NCBI GenBank assembly: GCA_964482725.1
Contig: CAYZYT010000004.1
Span: 23,824 to 87,823, forward strand
DNA from: an uncultured bacterium
GTDB taxonomy: Bacteria; Omnitrophota; Omnitrophia; Omnitrophales; Aquincolibacteriaceae
Direction: 5' to 3'
Length of the DNA stretch: 64,000 nt
The number at the start of each line of letters is the position of its first letter. The first letter of the stretch is position 1. A program made the translations under genes and the position numbers. Shown piece by piece: positions 47,185-57,222 of this stretch. The notes below the pieces were generated by a model. It was given only the letters and a program-made list of their open reading frames with translations. It had not been told where the DNA came from and searched no databases.

Positions 47185-49641
47185 TTACCCGAGCGTCACT
47201 TCAACCCGGTGAGTTCTGCCGTCCCGAAGGTCAGGAATGAGATTTTCTTTTTGTTTTTTCCCATCCACCACAACCGCCTGGACCCCCTGCCCGGTTTGCT
47301 GAGGGTTTTTAACTTCGATCAGATAAGTGCTGCCACGGAAAAGACGTTTCATTTTGAACCCCGGCCATTTTTTAGGAATCACCGGATCCACGATCAGCCC
47401 TTTGGCGGTAGGACGAATCCCCAAAATCCAGTTCATGGCGACCACCTCATACCAAGCTGCGGAGCCCGTATACCAGGTCCACCCGCCTCGCCCGTTGTTG
47501 GGCGAATCCGGTCCGTCCACATTTCCGGGCGTCACATAAGGCTCGCTGTAATAAACATCCGGCTCCAGACCGCGGATTGCCGGATTGAAACTTTTGTAGA
47601 CCTGATGCGCTTGTTCGCCGTCGCGCATCATCGCCTCAGCTTGGACCGCCCAGGTGCCGGCGTGGGTGTAAAGCCCGCCGTTCTCACGAACCGAGGGAGC
47701 ATAACGCGTGATGTAACCGATCGTTGCGTCGGTCACGTTATAACCCGGCGTTAAAAGAAGCGGCCCGTATTTTTTATAGAGCCATTTGGCAGCCGAATCC
47801 ATCGCCACGCGCGCGCGTTTCGCATCAGCCACTCCTGTAATAACGGCCCACGTTTGGCAATTAAGGAAAATCTTACCGGTTTCACACTTTTTGCTGCCCA
47901 AGGGTCTTCCGTCATCGCGTGTCGCACCCAAATACCATTCCCCGTCCCAACCTTCCGTGTTAAGCACCTTTTTCATCGCTTCCGCGCGACGAAGATATTC
48001 CACCGCTTTTTCTTTATCGCCGCGTTTTTCCATGAGGGGGGTTATTCGGTTCAGGATCCCGTAAAGAAAGTGCCCCAGCCAGATCGACTCGCCTTTCCAT
48101 TTATTGCCGACATGGCTTAGCCCGTCGTTCCAGTCACACTCGCCAATGAGCGGCAATCCGCGCGGCGAAAACCTTGTGAGCGCTTTGTCGATCGCCCGGA
48201 GCAAATGGTCGTAAAGAGTTCCTGAGGTTACCTCTTTGGTCTTCGGATCCGGCAGAAATTTTACGACAGCATCCAGGATCGCATCATCCGCCGTTTCGTC
48301 CAGATAGTTCAGCGTGATAAAATCAAGCCACAGAAGATCGTCCGAGCAATGCGTGATGGCGCCCATATTCGTTCCATGATGCCACCAGTGATAGACCGTC
48401 CCGTCCGGAAATTGCTGCTCCGCGTGAAGAAGGATCTGTTTTCTTGCGAGCTCAGGCCGCGTCGCAAAAAAGATCTGGCAATCCTGCAGCTGGTCCCGGA
48501 ATCCGTAGCCCCCGCTTGACTGATAATAGGCGCACTTGGCCCAGATACGCGCAGAGATCGCCTGGTATTTCATCCAGGTGTTTGTCATGAAATTGAGAGA
48601 CTCGTCCGGCGTCTCCACTTCAGAGGCATGGACAAAAGAATCCCAAAGCGCCTTGACCTTATTAAGCTCCGGTTCCACAGTTCTGGGGGTGGAATATTTT
48701 TGCATGATCCGTTCGGCTTCTTCCCGGGTGCGCGTGGAACCCAGCGTGAAGATCACGGTCTTGGATTCCTTCGGGCCAAGCTCCACATCCACCTGAAGGC
48801 TTGCCGATGCATCGCCCCACTTCCCTTCCGAATCACGGCATTTTCCCTCCACCACCGCCGCCGGCGCATGGATCTCGCCGTAACGTCCGAGGAAAGATTC
48901 TTTGTCGCCATCATAGGCCACAGGCTTGGGATACGCTGAGTGAAACCCTTGGAGCGGTTTTTCGGTCATGCCAGTCGAGATAAATCCCGGCACGAGGGGG
49001 GCTCGCTTGACGCCGTGGATACAGCCGAACTTTTTATCGATCCAGGTCTCTATGAAGGTTTTGTGGAACTCGCGATGCGTGTCGGACCAGTTGCCGAGAC
49101 ACCAGTCGAAATAGGTGAAAAGGCTCAGACGTCTTTTTTTTCCGGACTGATTCGTAAGAACGACCTTCCAAACTTCGACCGGGTCTTCCACATCCACAAA
49201 GATCGTTTTTTCAAAACGGATGCCGTTGAGCTTGCTGGTCAGGATCGAGTATCCCTGGCCGTGGCGCACTTCGAAAAAATCATACTTCGGCATGCACGGC
49301 TTCCAGGTCCCGGACCAATAATCGCCGTTATCCCGGTCTCGCACATAAATATATTTGCCCCAGTTGTCGCGAATGAGGTCCTGGTCCCATCGCGTGACCC
49401 GCGACAGGTTCGAATTGTCTCGCCATGAAAAACCGGAACCGGTCTGGGATTCAATCGTGCCGTAGTCTCCGTTCGAGATCACATTCACCCACGGGCGCGG
49501 CGTATCGGGACGCGTGATGACGAACTCACGCCCATCAGCCGTAAAGTAGCCGTATTTTGAGGCAAATTTCTTTTCGATGCCGTCTTCCTTTAAAAGCATT
49601 TTTGCTTCCGCTTTTTTTCTTTCTTTCGACTTTCTGGGCAT
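47185..49641 (-). CDS. GH94 glycoside phosphorylase (cellobiose/chitobiose phosphorylase-like, 818 aa)
   Basis: GH94-typical N-terminus YGYFTADGREFVITRPDTPRPWVNVISNG. The (alpha/alpha)6 catalytic region is conserved. Confidence 0.8.
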   Translation of the reverse strand: MPRKSKERKKAEAKMLLKEDGIEKKFASKYGYFTADGREFVITRPDTPRPWVNVISNGDYGTIESQTGSGFSWRDNSNLSRVTRWDQDLIRDNWGKYIYVRDRDNGDYWSGTWKPCMPKYDFFEVRHGQGYSILTSKLNGIRFEKTIFVDVEDPVEVWKVVLTNQSGKKRRLSLFTYFDWCLGNWSDTHREFHKTFIETWIDKKFGCIHGVKRAPLVPGFISTGMTEKPLQGFHSAYPKPVAYDGDKESFLGRYGEIHAPAAVVEGKCRDSEGKWGDASASLQVDVELGPKESKTVIFTLGSTRTREEAERIMQKYSTPRTVEPELNKVKALWDSFVHASEVETPDESLNFMTNTWMKYQAISARIWAKCAYYQSSGGYGFRDQLQDCQIFFATRPELARKQILLHAEQQFPDGTVYHWWHHGTNMGAITHCSDDLLWLDFITLNYLDETADDAILDAVVKFLPDPKTKEVTSGTLYDHLLRAIDKALTRFSPRGLPLIGECDWNDGLSHVGNKWKGESIWLGHFLYGILNRITPLMEKRGDKEKAVEYLRRAEAMKKVLNTEGWDGEWYLGATRDDGRPLGSKKCETGKIFLNCQTWAVITGVADAKRARVAMDSAAKWLYKKYGPLLLTPGYNVTDATIGYITRYAPSVRENGGLYTHAGTWAVQAEAMMRDGEQAHQVYKSFNPAIRGLEPDVYYSEPYVTPGNVDGPDSPNNGRGGWTWYTGSAAWYEVVAMNWILGIRPTAKGLIVDPVIPKKWPGFKMKRLFRGSTYLIEVKNPQQTGQGVQAVVVDGKKQKENLIPDLRDGRTHRVEVTLG

Positions 49642-49677
49642 GATGACAAAAACTCCTTGGTTTTTTAAAATAGTTTT

Positions 49678-50973
49678 TTATTCGGCTTGCTGCAGTTGGG
49701 CATCGACCTCGGGGGCCAGTTCCTTGGCGGCTTCCGCGGCGGTTTTCTTCCCGCTAAAAACAAGATCCATTTTGGGGCGGATATACTTCTCTTCTATCTC
49801 GCGCCATTTGGGATGAAAGGGGCTGAAGACCGCGTATTGAACCGCTTCGTTGAGCATCTTCTTGTTTGCGGGCGCCGCCGGGTCTCCGGCAAAAGCATCG
49901 CTTTCTGCCACCGAGATGCGGGCAGGTTGCGCAAGACCGCGCTTGGCGAATTGCCTCTGCCCTTCAGGTCCGGTCAGGGCCTTGATCACTTCCCAGGCTT
50001 CTTTTTTATGTTTTGAAGACTTGAGGATTGCATAACCCGTCCCTCCGGTCCCGAACGCGCGAACACCTTTGTCGTTTTTGGGGAACATCACCACGTCCCA
50101 TTCAAATTTGTAGTTCCGGAATTGCGGCGCTTCCCAAATGCCGGAGAGGAACATTGCGATACGCCCGCTCGCGAACATGCGGTCGACGCTCATCCCGAAA
50201 TTCATATAGGCCGTGGGCGTTGGCATCGCCTCATAAAGATTGCACAGGTCGGCATAAAATTGAAGTCCCATCACGGAGCGATCGTCGGCCAGCAGGGTCT
50301 TCGTAGGCTTTTTGACATTATCCACAAGCCCTCCGCCGTTCCCATAAATGAAATTCTGCCAAGCCCAGGTGAAAAAGCCGTATTGGATCACGCGTCCGGC
50401 GTCATCTTTCTTGGTCAGCTCGCGGGACAAGCGAAGGAAATCACTCCAGGTCCAAGCGTCGGTCGGATAAGGGATTTTGGCTTCATCAAAAAGCTTTTTA
50501 TTATAGAAAACGCACGCGAACGGAGCGATGTCTCGCGGGATCGCCAGTAGTTTTCCTTGATAGGTAAAGCGATCGATGATCTGCGGGAAAAAATCTTTCT
50601 TATCAAAACCTTTTGTGTCGGAGAGTTCATACGGCGTCAGGTCTTCCAGAACGCCTTTGGTCGCAAATGTCACGAAATAATCGACCTCGGTGGCGATAAT
50701 GTCGGGAGCCGCGCCTCCCGCGATCCGCGTAAGGATCTTGCTGATGTATCCCGTATAGGGCGTGTGTTCGAAAACGAGCTTGATCTCAGGATGCTCTGCC
50801 TGCCAAGGAGCAAGAGCCTCGGTAATAATGCCGATCTCTTCGGGCGTTCCCCAGAAGCTCACCTTCACGTCTGTGGAGCCTTGACTCCCTGTCTCAACCG
50901 GTGACCCGCAGCCGGCCAAAAAAAAGATTGTTAAAAGAATGGAAAAACCCTTCGCCCAAAAACTTTTCGACAT
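49678..50973 (-). CDS. ABC transporter sugar-binding lipoprotein (family 1 solute-binding protein); no permease genes adjacent
   Basis: Lipobox FFLAGCGS. Full-length similarity to carbohydrate solute-binding proteins. Confidence 0.8.
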   Translation of the reverse strand: MSKSFWAKGFSILLTIFFLAGCGSPVETGSQGSTDVKVSFWGTPEEIGIITEALAPWQAEHPEIKLVFEHTPYTGYISKILTRIAGGAAPDIIATEVDYFVTFATKGVLEDLTPYELSDTKGFDKKDFFPQIIDRFTYQGKLLAIPRDIAPFACVFYNKKLFDEAKIPYPTDAWTWSDFLRLSRELTKKDDAGRVIQYGFFTWAWQNFIYGNGGGLVDNVKKPTKTLLADDRSVMGLQFYADLCNLYEAMPTPTAYMNFGMSVDRMFASGRIAMFLSGIWEAPQFRNYKFEWDVVMFPKNDKGVRAFGTGGTGYAILKSSKHKKEAWEVIKALTGPEGQRQFAKRGLAQPARISVAESDAFAGDPAAPANKKMLNEAVQYAVFSPFHPKWREIEEKYIRPKMDLVFSGKKTAAEAAKELAPEVDAQLQQAE

Positions 50974-51152
50974 GCGGAATTCCCTTCGTTTGAAAGGCTT
51001 TTATCGGCTTTGCGAGGAATTTCTTTTTCTAAGGATAAGAACCGTATACAAAAGCGATAAAGTTTGGAAATTATAGCACGGGCGCTAGGCCCTCTGTAAA
51101 GGCTCTTTTCTCGCTCTTTTGTCCGTTATGATAGAAGACGCCTCGCCCAAGA

Positions 51153-52097
51153 TCAGCCTCGCGGTAAACCGATCTTCTGGAGAACGCGGTCGAGGTCGTC
51201 CAAAGAAAAATACTGGATCTCAACGCGCCCTTCCTTCTGGTTCTTTCGCGGGTAGATCTTCGCCTGCGTCCCGAGGAAATGCGTGAGGCGTGTTTCAAGG
51301 TCCACGATCTCGGCGCTAAGATGCCGGGCGGTTTTCGCTTTGCGTTTGTGGGCATTGCTTCGATTGACAATCGCTTCGACCTGGCGGACCGACAAATTCT
51401 CCTCGACGATCCTTTTGGCCATTTGCCGCTGATGCTCCGGAGACAGAAGGCCAAGAAGCGCGCGGGCATGTCCCGCCGAAAGCCTACCGTCCGCCAAATA
51501 TTGTTTCACTTCCGGAGGTAGACGTAAAAGCCTGAGCGTGTTCGTAACCGTCACGCGGTTCTTCCCCACTCGTTTCGCCACTTCTTCTTGAGAGATTGTT
51601 CTCTCTTCCACGAGCCGCTGATACGCTTCCGCCTCTTCTATGGGATTCAGGTCTTCGCGTTGAATGTTTTCGATCAGCGCCCACTCCAAAAAATCTTCCT
51701 CGGCAATATCTTTGATGATGGCGGGCACTTCCGCAAGCCCGCAAAGCGTCGCGGCCCGGAATCGCCGCTCACCGCACACGATCTCAAAATTGCCGTCGCT
51801 TTTCTTTTTCACAATGATCGGCTGTAACACGCCTTTTTCGCGAATAGAGTTGGCGAGCTCCTCGATGGTCTCTGCGTTGAAATTTTTACGCGGCTGGTCT
51901 GCGTTGGGCGCGATGCGGGATATGGGTATCAGCTGAAACGCCGCCTCTTTTGTTGAAAGAACGCTTGTCTGGACGCTTTCTGGTTCCGTCGTGAGGGTCG
52001 CTGTTGCAGAAGAAAGATCCTTTTCTGTCGCGGCTACATGATCTTTGTAGCTATCAGGGATCAGCGCGCTTAATCCTTTACCTAGAGCCTTTTTCAT
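51153..52097 (-). CDS. parB: Chromosome partitioning protein ParB/Spo0J
   Basis: ParB box IVCGERRFRAA and an HTH region. Confidence 0.9.
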   Translation of the reverse strand: MKKALGKGLSALIPDSYKDHVAATEKDLSSATATLTTEPESVQTSVLSTKEAAFQLIPISRIAPNADQPRKNFNAETIEELANSIREKGVLQPIIVKKKSDGNFEIVCGERRFRAATLCGLAEVPAIIKDIAEEDFLEWALIENIQREDLNPIEEAEAYQRLVEERTISQEEVAKRVGKNRVTVTNTLRLLRLPPEVKQYLADGRLSAGHARALLGLLSPEHQRQMAKRIVEENLSVRQVEAIVNRSNAHKRKAKTARHLSAEIVDLETRLTHFLGTQAKIYPRKNQKEGRVEIQYFSLDDLDRVLQKIGLPRG

Positions 52098-52133
52098 GTT
52101 CGTAACTCCTTATTTATAAACAAGTTGTGTGTT

Positions 52134-53027
52134 TTATGAATTTGTTTGAGCAGGTTGGGATTGTTCCGCTTCCGGCGCTGGCGCCGGCACCTTTCCCTCT
52201 TCTGAAACAGGAGAAGCGCTGGCCTCCTTTGCGCTCGCAGCAAGACTGTCGCGATCTTCGTCTGAACCAAAACGCATTAAAAATTCTTTTCCGAGCTCTG
52301 TATAGGCCAAAGAGCCTCGGCTGTGCGGGTCATAAATAACCGCAGGCTTTCCAAAGCTCGGTGCCTCGGAAAGCTTCACAGACCTTGGGATCACGCTCTG
52401 AAAGGTCTTTTCTTTAAAATAATTCCGGACCTCTTGTATAACCTGTTGCGTCAAGTTGGTTCGGACGTCTGCCATCGTCAATATCACGCCCCCAAGCTCA
52501 AGGTCCGCGCTCAGATTTTTTTTGACAAGCTGATATGTGTTTAGAAGTTGTCCAAGTCCCTCTAACGCATAGTATTCGCATTGAAGCGGTATGATTATAT
52601 AACCACTTGCTGTTAAAGCGTTTATGCTTATAAGACCAAGTGATGGCGGGCAATCCAGAAGAATATAGTCATAATCACTAGAAATCTTTTTTAGCTGCTC
52701 CCTGAGAACAAACTCTCTTTTCTCTTGTCCAATTAGGTGCATCTCAGCTCCGGCAAGGTGCGCGTTCGAAGGTATAATCCATAGATTTTCTATGGCTGTA
52801 TTTTTGATGCTTTCTTTTGGGTCTGAGTTTTCCACAAGAAGTTGATAAGCTGTGGATTCGTTTTCGTTTTTCTCGATCCCAACACCGCTCGTAGCATTAC
52901 CTTGTGAGTCGAGATCTATTATTAAAACTTTCTTCCCGAGACAGGCTAACACAGTCGCTATGTTAACCACGGAGGTTGTTTTCCCGACACCGCCTTTTTG
53001 ATTAAAAAATGAGAATATTTTCCCCAT
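52134..53027 (-). CDS. parA: Chromosome partitioning ATPase ParA/Soj with a ~40-aa acidic/proline-rich C-terminal tail
   Basis: Deviant Walker A NQKGGVGKTT. It is 297 aa against about 255 aa typical. Confidence 0.9.
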   Translation of the reverse strand: MGKIFSFFNQKGGVGKTTSVVNIATVLACLGKKVLIIDLDSQGNATSGVGIEKNENESTAYQLLVENSDPKESIKNTAIENLWIIPSNAHLAGAEMHLIGQEKREFVLREQLKKISSDYDYILLDCPPSLGLISINALTASGYIIIPLQCEYYALEGLGQLLNTYQLVKKNLSADLELGGVILTMADVRTNLTQQVIQEVRNYFKEKTFQSVIPRSVKLSEAPSFGKPAVIYDPHSRGSLAYTELGKEFLMRFGSDEDRDSLAASAKEASASPVSEEGKVPAPAPEAEQSQPAQTNS

Positions 53028-53039
53028 ACACCCTCCAGA

Positions 53040-53055
53040 TGTTTCACGTGAAACG
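53040..53055. promoter_or_regulatory. parS site TGTTTCACGTGAAACG (15 of 16 matches to consensus, 14-bp perfect palindrome), 13 bp upstream of the parA start
   Basis: Direct read. The parS consensus TGTTNCACGTGAAACA is established knowledge. Confidence 0.75.
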
Positions 53056-53338
53056 TTCTTTATTGTGGCGCTCGTTTAACCCTATAATGCTTGGCTTGTA
53101 ATACATCGGCCTGTCTTTCTCATATTTTACATATATTTTCATTCCTGGCAATTTAAATTTGTTTTAATCGCGGCCCTATAAAATTCTCCCTGTGAAGTTT
53201 CAGCGATCAGCAAATCGAAAATCTCTTGATAAAGACTTCGTTCCAAAAAAATCAAAGCGGGAGCCGCTAGCTAAAAAAACGCGCTGAAAGCCTCGCTTGA
53301 CGCTTTTCTTTCTAGCCTTTCTCGATTTGTTTTCACCC

Positions 53339-53354
53339 ATGTTTCACGTGAAAC
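53339..53354. promoter_or_regulatory. parS site TGTTTCACGTGAAACA (perfect consensus; extended 22-bp perfect palindrome CCATGTTTCACGTGAAACATGG at 53336-53357)
   Basis: Direct read. It is 299 bp from the first parS. Confidence 0.85.
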
Positions 53355-53672
53355 ATGGTATATGTTCCAAATAAAAACTCGTAACTATCCTAATATCATA
53401 GCGATGCCAATTCATAGTTTTGTCGCTATCAAATGAAAGGCTTGCAATTGCTCACGTTGCGCATCAAGTTCGAATTCTTTCGGACTCATTTATCAAGCGG
53501 TGGCCAATTCCTCTTTGTGGGCCTAATAAATCCTTTCGCTTTGCGCTGGAATGTTTCGTCTGGAGCGGATTCCGCTGCATTTGGAGGAAGGCTTTGCCAC
53601 AGCGAGGCTCTTTGCTATGGAGGCCTCGGACAATGCGCGATGGGCTTTGGGAAAGTCTCGCTGGAAGAACTT

Positions 53673-55499
53673 CTACTTCTTGAGGGCGTCTTGCTTCTTT
53701 TTCTCGATAAAAACAGCTAAGAGGGAAAGATCGCAGGAGGATATTCCGGGAAGGCGCGCCGCCTGACCGATTGATTCGGGTTGAATTTTTTTTAGTTTTT
53801 CTTTGGCCTCTCGACCGATCCCAGGAACTTCATCGTAATTCAAGTTTGCGGGTATTTTTCTTTTTTCAATTTTTGAAAATTTCTGAACTTCTCGCCTTTG
53901 TTGCGCAATATATCCTTCATATTTTATTTCCGTTTCAACGCTGTGAATTTCATCGTCAGACAGGTTGCAGGAGTGTAACCCGTTTGAAATGAGCTGCTTA
54001 TAACCTACTGTTGGACGCTTTAGATATTGATAAAGCGTGTCGTTTCCTATTTTTTTTGTTTTAAGCTCCCGCATGTCGTTCTGTATCCGGTCCATGCGTC
54101 CATTAAATTCTGCGAAGTCTTTTTCCGAAATAAGATCGAACTGGTGTCCGTAGAACATAAGTCTTTCGTCGGCGTTGTCCTGCCGGAGTAGCAACCGGAA
54201 TTCGGCTCGCGATGTGAACATCCGGTAGGGCTCGTTGGTGCCGCAAGTTACGAGATCATCGATCATCACCGCAATATAGGCCTCGGTCCGATCAAGCACA
54301 AATTCGCTGCTACCGCAAAGCCTGCGAATAACGTTGAGGCCGGCCATTAACCCCTGAGCCGCGGCTTCTTCATAGCCGGAAGTACAGTTGATCTGGCCCG
54401 CAAAGTAAAGATTCCGGATTTTCTTTGTTTCTAGAGAGTGTTTCAGTTGGGTCGGCGGAGCTGCGTCATATTCGATGGCATATCCAAACCTCAGGATCTC
54501 GGCGTCCTCAAGCCCTCGGATCTCATGAAGGGCCGCTTCCTGGACGTCTTTAGGAAGCGAAGTTGAAAAGCCGTTCACGTAGATCTCAAAAGCATCGCGC
54601 CCCTCAGGCTCCAAATAGATCTGATGACTTTTTTTATCTTGGAATTTCACGACCTTGTCTTCCACCGAAGGACAATACCTTGGCCCAACTCCCAGGATCT
54701 GTCCGGCATAAAGCGGGGAACGATTTAAATTTTTACGGATGATGTCATGGACTTTTTCGTTGGTGTGCGTTAAATAGCAGGGAAGTTGCTCGACGCTTAG
54801 TTTTTTTGTTCGATAGGAAAAAGGATGGGGAGGCTCATCGCCTCGCTGTTCTTCCAACAACTCCCAACGAATGCTTTTCTGATGGAGGCGGGGAGGCGTT
54901 CCGGTTTTGAAACGGACGAGCTCGATCCCGTGGCTCCGGAGCGATGCGGAAAGTCCGATCGCGGGCGGCTCATCGCGTCGGCCTCCCGGTGTTTTTTCTT
55001 CTCCGACATGGATCAACCCCTGCAAAAAAGTGCCTGTGGTCAAAACCACGCTTTCGCCTAAAAAGGTTTCGCCTTCTTTCGTGCGAACGCCATAGCACGC
55101 GCCGTCTTTAACCAAGAGATCCACGACCTGTCCTTGCCGGAGGGTAATGTTTTTTTCCGCCTCGAGCGCGCGCTTCATATAAAGCTCGTATTGGTGTTTG
55201 TCCGCCTGCGCTCGCGGCGCCCACACGGCCGGCCCCTTGGACTTGTTGAGCATGCGGAACTGGATCCCTGTCGCATCCGTCGCAAGACCCATTTCACCGC
55301 CAAGCGCATCGATCTCGCGAACCATGTGCCCTTTGGCAAGTCCGCCGATCGCCGGGTTGCAGGACATGCGCGCGATGGCATTCGTATCCATAGTGATCAC
55401 AAGGACAGGGAATCCGCATCGTGCAATGGCCAGAGAGGCTTCGACGCCGGCGTGTCCGGCGCCGACAATGATGGCGGCGTATTTTTGGGTGGAATTCAT
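53673..55499 (-). CDS. mnmG: tRNA uridine 5-carboxymethylaminomethyl modification enzyme MnmG (GidA)
   Basis: FAD motif IVGAGHAGVEA and full-length GidA similarity (608 aa). Confidence 0.92.
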   Translation of the reverse strand: MNSTQKYAAIIVGAGHAGVEASLAIARCGFPVLVITMDTNAIARMSCNPAIGGLAKGHMVREIDALGGEMGLATDATGIQFRMLNKSKGPAVWAPRAQADKHQYELYMKRALEAEKNITLRQGQVVDLLVKDGACYGVRTKEGETFLGESVVLTTGTFLQGLIHVGEEKTPGGRRDEPPAIGLSASLRSHGIELVRFKTGTPPRLHQKSIRWELLEEQRGDEPPHPFSYRTKKLSVEQLPCYLTHTNEKVHDIIRKNLNRSPLYAGQILGVGPRYCPSVEDKVVKFQDKKSHQIYLEPEGRDAFEIYVNGFSTSLPKDVQEAALHEIRGLEDAEILRFGYAIEYDAAPPTQLKHSLETKKIRNLYFAGQINCTSGYEEAAAQGLMAGLNVIRRLCGSSEFVLDRTEAYIAVMIDDLVTCGTNEPYRMFTSRAEFRLLLRQDNADERLMFYGHQFDLISEKDFAEFNGRMDRIQNDMRELKTKKIGNDTLYQYLKRPTVGYKQLISNGLHSCNLSDDEIHSVETEIKYEGYIAQQRREVQKFSKIEKRKIPANLNYDEVPGIGREAKEKLKKIQPESIGQAARLPGISSCDLSLLAVFIEKKKQDALKK

Positions 55500-55505
55500 A
55501 AAAAC

Positions 55506-55587
55506 TTCAGGGTGAAGGAGGGCGGATGGAGGCTGGTGTAAAATCAGGCTTTGCGCCTTCCTCCATCCTCAATCCGTCTTCCTGTTT
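55506..55587 (-). repeat. GGAGG/CCTCC-rich palindromic hairpin element after yidC; family member 2
   Basis: It shares the identical 19-mer TGCGCCTTCCTCCATCCTC and the GGATGGAGG / GAAGGAGGGCG arms with the 25733-25806 element. Confidence 0.45.
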
Positions 55588-57213
55588 TTATTGGTCTTCG
55601 TGGTGCAGAACGATCACGATACGATTAATGAAGGTCTGCTGGATGATCGAAAAAACGTTTTGCAGGGTCCAATAAAGCGTGAGCCCTGACGGCATGTTGT
55701 AACAAATAAACCCGAAAAAGATCGGCATGATGTTCATGATGGTCTGCTGCTCCGGGCTCGAGCCGGGCTGCGCGGGCATGAGCTTCTGATACCAGACCTG
55801 GGAGATCGCCATCGTAAGCGGCAAAATATTGAGCGCGTTCCATCCTAAAAAGGGGACCGTAAAAGGAAGTGTCATGAAATGATCCGGCGCGGAAAGATCT
55901 TTGATCCAACCGATGAACGGAGCTCCGTGAAGCTCGATCGCCTCAGGCAAAAGCTTGAACATGGCAATAAAAACCGGGATCTGGATCAGCATGGGAAGAC
56001 AGCCCATCATCGGATTCACTTTGTTCCGCCGGTAAAGCTCCATGAGCGCCTTCTGGGATTTCGCGGGATCTTTCTTGTTGTGCTCTTGGATCGCTTTCAT
56101 CTTCGGCGCCAAGATCTGCATTTTTTTCATGCTTGCGTAGCTGATGTGCGTGAGCGGCGCAAAAAGCAGCTTGATGAGAAAGGTCAGGATCACAAGCGCC
56201 CACCCAAAATTATGCGTGTACTGGTTCAGGAATTTCAGAACCGAGAGAATGCCCGTCTTGAAAAGCCCGAAGAATCCCCTGGAAAAAACTTCTTCGAAAC
56301 CCACCCCAAAACTTTTGAGCACCTCATAACGCTGCGGCCCGGCATAGATCAAAAAGCTTCTCTCTCCTTCGCCTCCCGCGGGCACCGTGAGGGGTTCCAG
56401 CGTCATTTGTCCCCAAAGATTTTTTTTGTCGGCCTTGGCGCTTCCCTCGATGATCTTTCCGTCCGGCTTCACGAGCAGCGCAAAATACTTTTTAATGAAT
56501 CCCGCCCAGGCGGTCGGGTCCGGAAAAGAAAATCCTTTTTTCCTAACGCCTGAAAGATCCTTAGTTTGAACCTTGTCGGTATAGGCCACCGCATCGTAAT
56601 AACCGTAATTTTTCTGATAGCCTTCCTCGTAGCTCATCGCATAATTCAGCGTCACGGGAAAATGCTTCTCTCTCCCGGAAAGATTCTTGATCCGGACGAC
56701 AAGATCGATCACGGGCTTGTTTTCACGGAACAAGTACGTCTTCGTCAGCAAATATTCCCCGGGCAGCTCGTAAGAAAACTCCACGCTTTCGCCTTTGCGC
56801 ACCATTTTAAAAATCGTTTCCGCAAGATCCGCTTTTTCATGCAGCACGCTCACGCCAAAAAGACCGGACTCTCGAGGATCCCCAGAAAAAAAGGTCGTTT
56901 TTGTAAAAGCCTGCCGGCCTTTCTCTCCCAGAAACGAAAGAGACGCGATCGTGCCCCCCAGCGTAGAAAACTCTGCTTTGTAGAAAGAATTCTCCAGAAA
57001 CGCAAGAGCCGGGGCCGCCGCTTTTTCCAGCGCCGTTCCTTTGGAAATGGCGAGGGGCGTCTCTTCCTTGATGGGGGCGGGCGCGCTTTGTGAGACGGCC
57101 GTTTTCGCGGACGTTTTTTGCTGCGGGACCGGATAGAGTTTTTTGACGAGCATGGGATAAAGCAACATGACCATCATGGCAAGCACGATCGCTTTTACGG
57201 TGTTTTTATCCAT
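55588..57213 (-). CDS. yidC: Membrane protein insertase YidC
   Basis: N-terminal TM, large periplasmic domain, and C-terminal 5-TM core with YidC-typical motifs. Confidence 0.9.
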   Translation of the reverse strand: MDKNTVKAIVLAMMVMLLYPMLVKKLYPVPQQKTSAKTAVSQSAPAPIKEETPLAISKGTALEKAAAPALAFLENSFYKAEFSTLGGTIASLSFLGEKGRQAFTKTTFFSGDPRESGLFGVSVLHEKADLAETIFKMVRKGESVEFSYELPGEYLLTKTYLFRENKPVIDLVVRIKNLSGREKHFPVTLNYAMSYEEGYQKNYGYYDAVAYTDKVQTKDLSGVRKKGFSFPDPTAWAGFIKKYFALLVKPDGKIIEGSAKADKKNLWGQMTLEPLTVPAGGEGERSFLIYAGPQRYEVLKSFGVGFEEVFSRGFFGLFKTGILSVLKFLNQYTHNFGWALVILTFLIKLLFAPLTHISYASMKKMQILAPKMKAIQEHNKKDPAKSQKALMELYRRNKVNPMMGCLPMLIQIPVFIAMFKLLPEAIELHGAPFIGWIKDLSAPDHFMTLPFTVPFLGWNALNILPLTMAISQVWYQKLMPAQPGSSPEQQTIMNIMPIFFGFICYNMPSGLTLYWTLQNVFSIIQQTFINRIVIVLHHEDQ

Positions 57214-57222
57214 AGTGTTTCC

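Noticed and set aside
53420-53766. Plus-strand ORFs 53420-53683, 53433-53720 and 53551-53766 in the parA–mnmG spacer, and a possible decayed rsmG
   Set aside because: The ORFs overlap each other and mnmG. They are Arg/Cys-rich with no recognisable motifs. Minus-strand translation of 53401-53672 in all frames gave nothing RsmG-like.
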